DNA from: Utricularia gibba
Taxonomy: Eukaryota > Plantae > Magnoliophyta
Assembly (NCBI GenBank): GCA_002189035.1
Contig: NEEC01000408.1
Coordinates: 1 to 19,242, forward strand
Direction: 5' to 3'
Length of the DNA: 19,242 nucleotides
The position numbers were made by a program, and so were the translations under genes. This document shows positions 1 to 13,792 of this stretch, piece by piece (the first letter of the stretch is position 1; each line of letters begins with the position of its first letter). The notes beneath the pieces are model-generated. The model saw only the letters and a program-made list of their open reading frames with translations, was not told where the DNA came from and did no database searches.

Positions 1-3000
1 TGGCTTTTGATTGATGCATTTAGTTGCTATGATACTTCTGATTCTTGATGCACCATTCCCGTATACCATGTCTCTAGTGGCTATTTGATTCTTTTGCCTT
101 GTATGTTGTTCGCATCAATTTCGAGAACATGAAGCACATTATTAAATGCAGTCACCACGGAATGCCACGTGAGACACTTTTCGTTGTGGGCTTTTTTTAA
201 TATGTCCACAGTTATCGGACAAACGTAACTCCAAATTATAATACTTGGAGCTCGAAAAGGGCTTCACTGTGCTATGAAGAGCAAGGATCTGCATGTTATG
301 CAAGAGGTGCTTCGCGGACCAGGATGTGCGACGTAGTCATTTCATTGCGCATCATCATTCGGGGTGCATCCTAAAAATCACACGTGCACGGGATTCATTA
401 AAAATAAATATTTACGCATATCCAGAGTGTATAACAGTGTTGGGATAAGTGATGCCACGAAATTCATGATGTAGCATGTGACTTTTTTCCAACTTGATCG
501 CATAGTAGATGAATTCTGACACCATATGTTTTGGCTTTTGATTGATGCATTTAGTTGCTATGATACTTCTGATTCTTGATGCACCATTCCCGTATACCAT
601 GTCTAGTGGCTATTTGATTCTTTTGCCTTGTATGTTGTTCGCATCAATTTCGAGAACATGAAGCACATTATTAAATGCAGTCACCACGGAATGCCACGTG
701 AGACACTTTTCGTTGTGGCTTGTTTTTAATATGTCCACAGTTATCGGACAAACGTAACTCCAAATTATAATACTTGGAGCTCGAAAAGGGCTTCCCAACA
801 GTGTGCTATGAAGAGCAAGGATCTGCATGTTATGCAAGAGGTGCTTCGCGGACCAGGATGTGCGACGTAGTCATTTCATTGCGCATCATCATTCGGGGTG
901 CATCCTAAAAATCACACGTGCACGGGATTCATTAAAAATAAATATTTACGCATATCCAGAGTGTATAACAGTGTTGGGATAAGTGATGCCACGAAATTCA
1001 TGATGTAGCATGTGACTTTTTTCCAACTTGATCGCATAGTAGATGAATTCTGACACCATATGTTTTGGCTTTGATTGATGCATTTAGTTGCTATGATACT
1101 TCTGATTCTTGATGCACCATTCCCGTATACCATGTCTCTAGTGGCTATTTGATTCTTTTGCCTTGTATGTTGTTCGCATCAATTTCGAGAACATGAAGCA
1201 CATTATTAAATGCAATCACCACGGAATGCCACGTGAGACACTTTTCGTTGTGGTTTTTTAATATGTCCACAGTTATCGGACAAACGTAACTCCAAATTAT
1301 AATACTTGGAGCTCGAAAAGGGCTTCCCAACAGTGTGCTATGAAGAGCAAGATCTGCATGTTATGCAAGAGGTGCTTCGCGGACCAGGATGTGCGACGTA
1401 GTCATTTCATTGCGCATCATCATTCGGGGTGCATCCTAAAAATCACACGTGCACCGGATTCATTAAAAATAAATATTTACGCATATCCAGAGTATATAAC
1501 AGTGTTGGGATAAGTGATGCCACGAAATTCATGATGTAGCATGTGACTTTTTTCCAACTTGATCGCATAGTAGATGAATTCTGACACCATATGTTTTGGC
1601 TTTGATTGATGCATTTAGTTGCTATGATACTTCTGATTCTTGATGCACCATTCCCGTATACCATGTCTCTAGTGGCTATTTGATTCTTTTGCCTTGTATG
1701 TTGTTCGCATCAATTTCGAGAACATGAAGCACATTATTAAATGCAGTCACCACGGAATGCCACGTGAGACACTTTTCGTTGGCTTGTTTTTAATATGTCC
1801 ACAGTTATCGGACAAACGTAACTCCAAATTATAATACTTGGAGCTCGAAAAGGGCTTCCCAACAGTGTGCTATGAAGAGCAAGGATCTGCATGTTATGCA
1901 AGAGGTGCTTCGCGGACCAGGATGTGCGACGTAGTCATTTCATTGCGCATCATCATTCGGGGTGCATCCTAAAAATCACACGTGCACGGGATTCATTAAA
2001 AATAAATATTTACGCATATCCAGAGTGTATAACAGTGTTGGGATAAGTGATGCCACGAAATTCATGATGTAGCATGTGACTTTTTTCCAACTTGATCGCA
2101 TAGTAGATGAATTCTGACACCATATGTTTTGGCTTTTGATTGATGCATTTAGTTGCTATGATACTTCTGATTCTTGATGCACCATTCCCGTATACCATGT
2201 CTCTAGTGGCTATTTGATTCTTTTGCCTTGTATGTTGTTCGCATCAATTTCGAGAACATGAAGCACATTATTAAATGCAGTCACCACGGAATGCCACGTG
2301 AGACACTTTTCGTTGTGGGTTTTTAATATGTCCACAGTTATCGGACAAACGTAACTCCAAATTATAATACTTGGAGCTCGAAAAGGGCTTCCCAACAGTG
2401 TGCTATGAAGAGCAAGGATCTGCATGTTATGCAAGAGGTGCTTCGCGGACCAGGATGTGCGACGTAGTCATTTCATTGCGCATCATCATTCGGGGTGCAT
2501 CCTAAAAATCACACGTGCACGGGATTCATTAAAAATAAATATTTACGCATATCCAGAGTATATAACAGTGTTGGGATAAGTGATGCCACGAAATTCATGA
2601 TGTAGCATGTGACTTTTTTCCAACTTGATCGCATAGTAGATGAATTCTGACACCATATGTTTTGGCTTTTGATTGATGCATTTAGTTGCTATGATACTTC
2701 TGATTCTTGATGCACCATTCCCGTATACCATGTCTCTAGTGGCTATTTGATTCTTTTGCCTTGTATGTTGTTCGCATCAATTTCGAGAACATGAAGCACA
2801 TTATTAAATGCAGTCACCACGGAATGCCACGTGAGACACTTTTCGTTGTGGCTTTTTTTAATATGTCCACAGTTATCGGACAAACGTAACTCCAAATTAT
2901 AATACTTGGAGCTCGAAAAGGGCTTCCCAACAGTGTGCTATGAAGAGCAAGGATCTGCATGTTATGCAAGAGGTGCTTCGCGGACCAGGATGTGCGACGT

Positions 3001-6000
3001 AGTCATTTCATTGCGCATCATCATTCGGGGTGCATCCTAAAAATCACACGTGCACGGGATTCATTAAAAATAAATATTTACGCATATCCAGAGTGTATAA
3101 CAGTGTTGGGATAAGTGATGCCACGAAATTCATGATGTAGCATGTGACTTTTTTCCAACTTGATCGCATAGTAGATGAATTCTGACACCATATGTTTTGG
3201 CTTTTGATTGATGCATTTAGTTGCTATGATACTTCTGATTCTTGATGCACCATTCCCGTATACCATGTCTCTAGTGGCTATTTGATTCTTTTGCCTTGTA
3301 TGTTGTTCGCATCAATTTCGAGAACATGAAGCACATTATTAAATGCAGTCACCACGGAATGCCACGTGAGACACTTTTCGTTGTGGCTTTTTTTAATATG
3401 TCCACAGTTATCGGACAAACGTAACTCCAAATTATAATACTTGGAGCTCGAAAAGGGCTTCCCAACAGTGTGCTATGAAGAGCAAGGATCTGCATGTTAT
3501 GCAAGAGGTGCTTCGCGGACCAGGATGTGCGACGTAGTCATTTCATTGCGCATCATCATTCGGGGTGCATCCTAAAAATCACACGTGCACGGATTCATTA
3601 AAAATAAATATTTACGCATATCCAGAGTATATAACAGTGTTGGGATAAGTGATGCCACGAAATTCATGTAGCATGTGACTTTTTTCCAACTTGATCGCAT
3701 AGTAGATGAATTCTGACACCATATGTTTTGGCTTTGATTGATGCATTTAGTTGCTATGATACTTCTGATTCTTGATGCACCATTCCCGTATACCATGTCT
3801 CTAGTGGCTATTTGATTCTTTTGCCTTGTATGTTGTTCGCATCAATTTCGAGAACATGAAGCACATTATTAAATGCAGTCACCACGGAATGCCACGTGAG
3901 ACACTTTTCGTTGTGGCTTGTTTTAATATGTCCACAGTTATCGGACAAACGTAACTCCAAATTATAATACTTGGAGCTCGAAAAGGGCTTCCCAACAGTG
4001 TGCTATGAAGAGCAAGGATCTGCATGTTATGCAAGAGGTGCTTCGCGGACCAGGATGTGCGACGTAGTCATTTCATTGCGCATCATCATTCGGGGTGCAT
4101 CCTAAAAATCACACGTGCACGGGATTCATTAAAAATAAATATTTACGCATATCCAGAGTGTATAACAGTGTTGGGATAAGTGATGCCACGAAATTCATGA
4201 TGTAGCATGTGACTTTTTTCCAACTTGATCGCATAGTAGATGAATTCTGACACCATATGTTTTGGCTTTTGATTGATGCATTTAGTTGCTATGATACTTC
4301 TGATTCTTGATGCACCATTCCCGTATACCATGTCTCTAGTGGCTATTTGATTCTTTTGCCTTGTATGTTGTTCGCATCAATTTCGAGAACATGAAGCACA
4401 TTATTAAATGCAGTCACCACGGAATGCCACGTGAGACACTTTTCGTTGTGGCTTGTTTTTAATATGTCCACAGTTATCGGACAAACGTAACTCCAAATTA
4501 TAATACTTGGAGCTCGAAAAGGGCTTCCCAACAGTGTGCTATGAAGAGCAAGGATCTGCATGTTATGCAAGAGGTGCTTCGCGGACCAGGATGTGCGACG
4601 TAGTCATTTCATTGCGCATCATCATTCGGGGTGCATCCTAAAAATCACACGTGCACGGATTCATTAAAAATAAATATTTACGCATATCCAGAGTATATAA
4701 CAGTGTTGGGATAAGTGATGCCACGAAATTCATGATGTAGCATGTGACTTTTTTCCAACTTGATCGCATAGTAGATGAATTCTGACACCATATGTTTTGG
4801 CTTTTGATTGATGCATTTAGTTGCTATGATACTTCTGATTCTTGATGCACCATTCCCGTATACCATGTCTCTAGTGGCTATTTGATTCTTTTGCCTTGTA
4901 TGTTGTTCGCATCAATTTCGAGAACATGAAGCACATTATTAAATGCAGTCACCACGGAATGCCACGTGAGACACTTTTCGTTGTGGCTTGTTTTTAATAT
5001 GTCCACAGTTATCGGACAAACGTAACTCCAAATTATAATACTTGGAGCTCGAAAAGGGCTTCCCAACAGTGCTATGAAGAGCAAGGATCTGCATGTTATG
5101 CAAGAGGTGCTTCGCGGACCAGGATGTGCGACGTAGTCATTTCATTGCGCATCATCATTCGGGGTGCATCCTAAAAATCACACGTGCACGGGATTCATTA
5201 AAAATAAATATTTACGCATATCCAGAGTGTATAACAGTGTTGGGATAAGTGATGCCACGAAATTCATGATGTAGCATGTGACTTTTTTCCAACTTGATCG
5301 CATAGTAGATGAATTCTGACACCATATGTTTTGGCTTTGATTGATGCATTTAGTTGCTATGATACTTCTGATTCTTGATGCACCATTCCCGTATACCATG
5401 TCTCTAGTGGCTATTTGATTCTTTTGCCTTGTATGTTGTTCGCATCAATTTCGAGAACATGAAGCACATTATTAAATGCAGTCACCACGGAATGCCACGT
5501 GAGACACTTTTCGTTGTGGCTTTTTAATATGTCCACAGTTATCGGACAAACGTAACTCCAAATTATAATACTTGGAGCTCGAAAAGGGCTTCCCAACAGT
5601 GTGCTATGAAGAGCAAGGATCTGCATGTTATGCAAGAGGTGCTTCGCGGACCAGGATGTGCGACGTAGTCATTTCATTGCGCATCATCATTCGGGTGCAT
5701 CCTAAAAATCACACGTGCACGGGATTCATTAAAAATAAATATTTACGCATATCCAGAGTGTATAACAGTGTTGGGATAAGTGATGCCACGAAATTCATGA
5801 TGTAGCATGTGACTTTTTTCCAACTTGATCGCATAGTAGATGAATTCTGACACCATATGTTTTGGCTTTTGATTGATGCATTTAGTTGCTATGATACTTC
5901 TGATTCTTGATGCACCATTCCCGTATACCATGTCTCTAGTGGCTATTTGATTCTTTTGCCTTGTATGTTGTTCGCATCAATTTCGAGAACATGAAGCACA

Positions 6001-9000
6001 TTATTAAATGCAGTCACCACGGAATGCCACGTGAGACACTTTTCGTTGTGGCTTTTTTTAATATGTCCACAGTTATCGGACAAACGTAACTCCAAATTAT
6101 AATACTTGGAGCTCGAAAAGGGCTTCCCAACAGTGTGCTATGAAGAGCAAGGATCTGCATGTTATGCAAGAGGTGCTTCGCGGACCAGGATGTGCGACGT
6201 AGTCATTTCATTGCGCATCATCATTCGGGGTGCATCCTAAAAATCACACGTGCACGGATTCATTAAAAATAAATATTTACGCATATCCAGAGTGTATAAC
6301 AGTGTTGGGATAAGTGATGCCACGAAATTCATGATGTAGCATGTGACTTTTTTCCAACTTGATCGCATAGTAGATGAATTCTGACACCATATGTTTTGGC
6401 TTTTGATTGATGCATTTAGTTGCTATGATACTTCTGATTCTTGATGCACCATTCCGTATACCATGTCTCTAGTGGCTATTTGATTCTTTTGCCTTGTATG
6501 TTGTTCGCATCAATTTCGAGAACATGAAGCACATTATTAAATGCAGTCACCACGGAATGCCACGTGAGACACTTTTCGTTGTGGCTTTTTTAATATGTCC
6601 ACAGTTATCGGACAAACGTAACTCCAAATTATAATACTTGGAGCTCGAAAAGGGCTTCCCAACAGTGTGCTATGAAGAGCAAGGATCTGCATGTTATGCA
6701 AGAGGTGCTTCGCGGACCAGGATGTGCGACGTAGTCATTTCATTGCGCATCATCATTCGGGGTGCATCCTAAAAATCACACGTGCACGGGATTCATTAAA
6801 AATAAATATTTACGCATATCCAGAGTGTATAACAGTGTTGGGATAAGTGATGCCACGAAATTCATGATGTAGCATGTGACTTTTTTCCAACTTGATCGCA
6901 TAGTAGATGAATTCTGACACCATATGTTTTGGCTTTTGATTGATGCATTTAGTTGCTATGATACTTCTGATTCTTGATGCACCATTCCCGTATACCATGT
7001 CTCTAGTGGCTATTTGATTCTTTTGCCTTGTATGTTGTTCGCATCAATTTCGAGAACATGAAGCACATTATTAAATGCAGTCACCACGGAATGCCACGTG
7101 AGACACTTTTCGTTGTGGCTTGTTTTTAATATGTCCACAGTTATCGGACAAACGTAACTCCAAATTATAATACTTGGAGCTCGAAAAGGGCTTCCCAACA
7201 GTGTGCTATGAAGAGCAAGGATCTGCATGTTATGCAAGAGGTGCTTCGCGGACCAGGATGTGCGACGTAGTCATTTCATTGCGCATCATCATTCGGGGTG
7301 CATCCTAAAAATCACACGTGCACGGGATTCATTAAAAATAAATATTTACGCATATCCAGAGTGTATAACAGTGTTGGGATAAGTGATGCCACGAAATTCA
7401 TGATGTAGCATGTGACTTTTTTCCAACTTGATCGCATAGTAGATGAATTCTGACACCATATGTTTTGGCTTTGATTGATGCATTTAGTTGCTATGATACT
7501 TCTGATTCTTGATGCACCATTCCCGTATACCATGTCTCTAGTGGCTATTTGATTCTTTTGCCTTGTATGTTGTTCGCATCAATTTCGAGAACATGAAGCA
7601 CATTATTAAATGCAGTCACCACGGAATGCCACGTGAGACACTTTTCGTTGTGGCTTTTTTTAATATGTCCACAGTTATCGGACAAACGTAACTCCAAATT
7701 ATAATACTTGGAGCTCGAAAAGGGCTTCCCAACAGTGTGCTATGAAGAGCAAGGATCTGCATGTTATGCAAGAGGTGCTTCGCGGACCAGGATGTGCGAC
7801 GTAGTCATTTCATTGCGCATCATCATTCGGGGTGCATCCTAAAAATCACACGTGCACGGATTCATTAAAAATAAATATTTACGCATATCCAGAGTGTATA
7901 ACAGTGTTGGGATAAGTGATGCCACGAAATTCATGATGTAGCATGTGACTTTTTTCCAACTTGATCGCATAGTAGATGAATTCTGACACCATATGTTTTG
8001 GCTTTGATTGATGCATTTAGTTGCTATGATACTTCTGATTCTTGATGCACCATTCCCGTATACCATGTCTCTAGTGGCTATTTGATTCTTTTGCCTTGTA
8101 TGTTGTTCGCATCAATTTCGAGAACATGAAGCACATTATTAAATGCAGTCACCACGGAATGCCACGTGAGACACTTTTCGTTGTGGCTTGTTTTTAATAT
8201 GTCCACAGTTATCGGACAAACGTAACTCCAAATTATAATACTTGGAGCTCGAAAAGGGCTTCCCAACAGTGTGCTATGAAGAGCAAGGATCTGCATGTTA
8301 TGCAAGAGGTGCTTCGCGGACCAGGATGTGCGACGTAGTCATTTCATTGCGCATCATCATTCGGGGTGCATCCTAAAAATCACACGTGCACGGATTCATT
8401 AAAAATAAATATTTACGCATATCCAGAGTGTATAACAGTGTTGGGATAAGTGATGCCACGAAATTCATGATGTAGCATGTGACTTTTTTCCAACTTGATC
8501 GCATAGTAGATGAATTCTGACACCATATGTTTTGGCTTTGATTGATGCATTTAGTTGCTATGATACTTCTGATTCTTGATGCACCATTCCCGTATACCAT
8601 GTCTCTAGTGGCTATTTGATTCTTTTGCCTTGTATGTTGTTCGCATCAATTTCGAGAACATGAAGCACATTATTAAATGCAGTCACCACGGAATGCCACG
8701 TGAGACACTTTTCGTTGTGGCTTGTTTTTAATATGTCCACAGTTATCGGACAAACGTAACTCCAAATTATAATACTTGGAGCTCGAAAAGGGCTTCCCAA
8801 CAGTGTGCTATGAAGAGCAAGGATCTGCATGTTATGCAAGAGGTGCTTCGCGGACCAGGATGTGCGACGTAGTCATTTCATTGCGCATCATCATTCGGGG
8901 TGCATCCTAAAAATCACACGTGCACGGGATTCATTAAAAATAAATATTTACGCATATCCAGAGTGTATAACAGTGTTGGGATAAGTGATGCCACGAAATT

Positions 9001-12000
9001 CATGATGTAGCATGTGACTTTTTTCCAACTTGATCGCATAGTAGATGAATTCTGACACCATATGTTTTGGCTTTTGATTGATGCATTTAGTTGCTATGAT
9101 ACTTCTGATTCTTGATGCACCATTCCCGTATACCATGTCTCTAGTGGCTATTTGATTCTTTTGCCTTGTATGTTGTTCGCATCAATTTCGAGAACATGAA
9201 GCACATTATTAAATGCAGTCACCACGGAATGCCACGTGAGACACTTTTCGTTGTGGCTTTTTAATATGTCCACAGTTATCGGACAAACGTAACTCCAAAT
9301 TATAATACTTGGAGCTCGAAAAGGGCTTCCCAACAGTGTGCTATGAAGAGCAAGGATCTGCATGTTATGCAAGAGGTGCTTCGCGGACCAGGATGTGCGA
9401 CGTAGTCATTTCATTGCGCATCATCATTCGGGGTGCATCCTAAAAATCACACGTGCACGGGATTCATTAAAAATAAATATTTACGCATATCCAGAGTGTA
9501 TAACAGTGTTGGGATAAGTGATGCCACGAAATTCATGATGTAGCATGTGACTTTTTTCCAACTTGATCGCATAGTAGATGAATTCTGACACCATATGTTT
9601 TGGCTTTGATTGATGCATTTAGTTGCTATGATACTTCTGATTCTTGATGCACCATTCCCGTATACCATGTCTCTAGTGGCTATTTGATTCTTTTGCCTTG
9701 TATGTTGTTCGCATCAATTTCGAGAACATGAAGCACATTATTAAATGCAGTCACCACGGAATGCCACGTGAGACACTTTTCGTTGTGGCTTTTTTTAATA
9801 TGTCCACAGTTATCGGACAAACGTAACTCCAAATTATAATACTTGGAGCTCGAAAAGGGCTTCCCAACAGTGTGCTATGAAGAGCAAGGATCTGCATGTT
9901 ATGCAAGAGGTGCTTCGCGGACCAGGATGTGCGACGTAGTCATTCATTGCGCATCATCATTCGGGGTGCATCCTAAAAATCACACGTGCACGGGATTCAT
10001 TAAAAAATAATATTTACGCATATCCAGAGTATATAACAGTGTTGGGATAAGTGATGCCACGAAATTCATGATGTAGCATGTGACTTTTTTCCAACTTGAT
10101 CGCATAGTAGATGAATTCTGACACCATATGTTTTGGCTTTTGATTGATGCATTTAGTTGCTATGATACTTCTGATTCTTGATGCACCATTCCCGTATACC
10201 ATGTCTCTAGTGGCTATTTGATTCTTTTGCCTTGTATGTTGTTCGCATCAATTTCGAGAACATGAAGCACATTATTAAATGCAGTCACCACGGAATGCCA
10301 CGTGAGACACTTTTCGTTGTGGCTTGTTTTTAATATGTCCACAGTTATCGGACAAACGTAACTCCAAATTATAATACTTGGAGCTCGAAAAGGGCTTCCC
10401 AACAGTGTGCTATGAAGAGCAAGGATCTGCATGTTATGCAAGAGGTGCTTCGCGGACCAGGATGTGCGACGTAGTCATTTCATTGCGCATCATCATTCGG
10501 GGTGCATCCTAAAAATCACACGTGCACGGATTCATTAAAAATAAATATTTACGCATATCCAGAGTGTATAACAGTGTTGGGATAAGTGATGCCACGAAAT
10601 TCATGATGTAGCATGTGACTTTTTTCCAACTTGATCGCATAGTAGATGAATTCTGACACCATATGTTTTGGCTTTTGATTGATGCATTTAGTTGCTATGA
10701 TACTTCTGATTCTTGATGCACCATTCCCGTATACCATGTCTCTAGTGGCTATTTGATTCTTTTGCCTTGTATGTTGTTCGCATCAATTTCGAGAACATGA
10801 AGCACATTATTAAATGCAGTCACCACGGAATGCCACGTGAGACACTTTTCGTTGTGGCTTGTTTTTAATATGTCCACAGTTATCGGACAAACGTAACTCC
10901 AAATTATAATACTTGGAGCTCGAAAAGGGCTTCCCAACAGTGTGCTATGAAGAGCAAGGATCTGCATGTTATGCAAGAGGTGCTTCGCGGACCAGGATGT
11001 GCGACGTAGTCATTTCATTGCGCATCATCATTCGGGGTGCATCCTAAAAATCACACGTGCACGGGATTCATTAAAAATAAATATTTACGCATATCCAGAT
11101 GTATAACAGTGTTGGGATAAGTGATGCCACGAAATTCATGATGTAGCATGTGACTTTTTTCCAACTTGATCGCATAGTAGATGAATTCTGACACCATATG
11201 TTTTGGCTTTGATTGATGCATTTAGTTGCTATGATACTTCTGATTCTTGATGCACCATTCCGTATACCATGTCTCTAGTGGCTATTTGATTCTTTTGCCT
11301 TGTATGTTGTTCGCATCAATTTCGAGAACATGAAGCACATTATTAAATGCAGTCACCACGGAATGCCACGTGAGACACTTTTCGTTGTGGCTTGTTTTTA
11401 ATATGTCCACAGTTATCGGACAAACGTAACTCCAAATTATAATACTTGGAGCTCGAAAAGGGCTTCCCAACAGTGTGCTATGAAGAGCAAGGATCTGCAT
11501 GTTATGCAAGAGGTGCTTCGCGGACCAGGATGTGCGACGTAGTCATTTCATTGCGCATCATCATTCGGGGTGCATCCTAAAAATCACACGTGCACGGATT
11601 CATTAAAAATAAATATTTACGCATATCCAGAGTGTATAACAGTGTTGGGATAAGTGATGCCACGAAATTCATGATGTAGCATGTGACTTTTTTCCAACTT
11701 GATCGCATAGTAGATGAATTCTGACACCATATGTTTTGGCTTTTGATTGATGCATTTAGTTGCTATGATACTTCTGATTCTTGATGCACCATTCCCGTAT
11801 ACCATGTCTCTAGTGGCTATTTGATTCTTTTGCCTTGTATGTTGTTCGCATCAATTTCGAGAACATGAAGCACATTATTAAATGCAGTCACCACGGAATG
11901 CCACGTGAGACACTTTTCGTTGTGGCTTGTTTTTAATATGTCCACAGTTATCGGACAAACGTAACTCCAAATTATAATACTTGGAGCTCGAAAAGGGCTT

Positions 12001-13570
12001 CCCAACAGTGTGCTATGAAGAGCAAGGATCTGCATGTTATGCAAGAGGTGCTTCGCGGACCAGGATGTGCGACGTAGTCATTTCATTGCGCATCATCATT
12101 CGGGGTGCATCCTAAAAATCACACGTGCACGGGATTCATTAAAAATAAATATTTACGCATATCCAGAGTGTATAACAGTGTTGGGATAAGTGATGCCACG
12201 AAATTCATGATGTAGCATGTGACTTTTTTCCAACTTGATCGCATAGTAGATGAATTCTGACACCATATGTTTTGGCTTTGATTGATGCATTTAGTTGCTA
12301 TGATACTTCTGATTCTTGATGCACCATTCCCGTATACCATGTCTCTAGTGGCTATTTGATTCTTTTGCCTTGTATGTTGTTCGCATCAATTTCGAGAACA
12401 TGAAGCACATTATTAAATGCAGTCACCACGGAATGCCACGTGAGACACTTTTCGTTGTGGCTTGTTTTTAATATGTCCACAGTTATCGGACAAACGTAAC
12501 TCCAAATTATAATACTTGGAGCTCGAAAAGGGCTTCCAACAGTGTGCTATGAAGAGCAAGGATCTGCATGTTATGCAAGAGGTGCTTCGCGGACCAGGAT
12601 GTGCGACGTAGTCATTTCATTGCGCATCATCATTCGGGGTGCATCCTAAAAATCACACGTGCACGGGATTCATTAAAAATAAATATTTACGCATATCCAG
12701 AGTGTATAACAGTGTTGGGATAAGTGATGCCACGAAATTCATGATGTAGCATGTGACTTTTTTCCAACTTGATCGCATAGTAGATGAATTCTGACACCAT
12801 ATGTTTTGGCTTTTGATTGATGCATTTAGTTGCTATGATACTTCTGATTCTTGATGCACCATTCCCGTATACCATGTCTCTAGTGGCTATTTGATTCTTT
12901 TGCCTTGTATGTTGTTCGCATCAATTTCGAGAACATGAAGCACATTATTAAATGCAGTCACCACGGAATGCCACGTGAGACACTTTTCGTTGTGGCTTGT
13001 TTTTAATATGTCCACAGTTATCGGACAAACGTAACTCCAAATTATAATACTTGGAGCTCGAAAAGGGCTTCCCAACAGTGTGCTATGAAGAGCAAGGATC
13101 TGCATGTTATGCAAGAGGTGCTTCGCGGACCAGGATGTGCGACGTAGTCATTTCATTGCGCATCATCATTCGGGGTGCATCCTAAAAATCACACGTGCAC
13201 CGGATTCATTAAAAATAAATATTTACGCATATCCAGAGTGTATAACAGTGTTGGGATAAGTGATGCCACGAAATTCATGATGTAGCATGTGACTTTTTTC
13301 CAACTTGATCGCATAGTAGATGAATTCTGACACCATATGTTTTGGCTTTTGATTGATGCATTTAGTTGCTATGATACTTCTGATTCTTGATGCACCATTC
13401 CCGTATACCATGTCTCTAGTGGCTATTTGATTCTTTTGCCTTGTATGTTGTTCGCATCAATTTCGAGAACATGAAGCACATTATTAAATGCAGTCACCAC
13501 GGAATGCCACGTGAGACACTTTTCGTTGTGGCTTGTTTTTAATATGTCCACAGTTATCGGACAAACGTAA

Positions 13571-13592
13571 CTCCAAATTATAATACTTGGAG
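13571..13592. other. Quasi-palindrome / hairpin CTCCAA-ATTATAATAC-TTGGAG, present in every monomer (unit 1: 229-250)
   Basis: Perfect 6-bp inverted arms enclose a 10-nt loop that itself contains the 8-bp palindrome ATTATAAT. Seen directly; function unknown. Confidence 0.7.
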
Positions 13593-13605
13593 CTCGAAAA
13601 GGGCT

Positions 13606-13792
13606 TCCCAACAGTGTGCTATGAAGAGCAAGGATCTGCATGTTATGCAAGAGGTGCTTCGCGGACCAGGATGTGCGACGTAGTCATTTCATTGCGCATC
13701 ATCATTCGGGGTGCATCCTAAAAATCACACGTGCACGGGATTCATTAAAAATAAATATTTACGCATATCCAGAGTGTATAACAGTGTTGGGA
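13606..13792. repeat. Intramonomer 12-bp inverted repeat TCCCAACAGTGT (13606-13617) / ACAGTGTTGGGA (13781-13792), one mismatch in the consensus
   Basis: The reverse complement of TCCCAACA[G]TGT is ACA[C]TGTTGGGA, which matches the second arm at 11/12 positions. The match is 12/12 in copies carrying the G>C variant. Confidence 0.7.
13752..13761. other. 10-bp perfect palindrome TAAATATTTA in the most AT-rich segment of the monomer (unit 1: 405-414)
   Basis: Seen directly within TTCATTAAAAATAAATATTTA. It overlaps an AATAAA hexamer. No function is assigned. Confidence 0.6.

Noticed and set aside
5572-5805. Single plus-strand 77-aa ORF
   Set aside because: It exists in only one copy because of a 1-bp G deletion (GGGG>GGG at ~5693), and it starts at TTG.
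13400-13412. LTR/TRIM origin (minus-strand CA-TGGTAT resembling an LTR end plus a Met primer-binding site; window starts TG and ends CA)
   Set aside because: Only 6 nt match TGGTATCAGAGC, there is no polypurine tract or LTR-internal alternation, and the TG/CA ends are set by window phase.
13420-13458. Pol III A/B boxes, tRNA or tRNA-derived SINE (TGGCTATTTG ... GTTCGCATC)
   Set aside because: Both boxes miss conserved positions and there is no cloverleaf. No 5S rRNA, spliced-leader or U snRNA sequence was recognised either.
13521-13537. CENP-B box (TTTCGTTG...)
   Set aside because: Only the first 8 nt resemble YTTCGTTGGAARCGGGA; the essential A and CGGG positions are missing.
13579-13584. 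Sigma70 promoter from a perfect TATAAT
   Set aside because: There is no acceptable -35 element at 16-18 bp on either strand and no downstream gene.
13423-13650. Repeated 74-75 aa minus-strand ORF (MHNMQILALH...) as a CDS
   Set aside because: The listed start is TTG. There is no recognisable domain. The frame is broken in many copies by the variable T-run. An ORF of this length is expected about 0.5 times per monomer by chance at 40% GC.
13668-13719. Hammerhead ribozyme on the minus strand (AUGAUGA-UGCGCAAU-GAAA-UGACUAC-GUC), as in newt, schistosome and cave-cricket satellites
   Set aside because: The order of elements is suggestive, but the conserved C3 is A, stem II cannot form a loop, and stem I does not pair next to the core. 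No CUGANGA exists on either strand. An Infernal search with Rfam hammerhead models would settle it.
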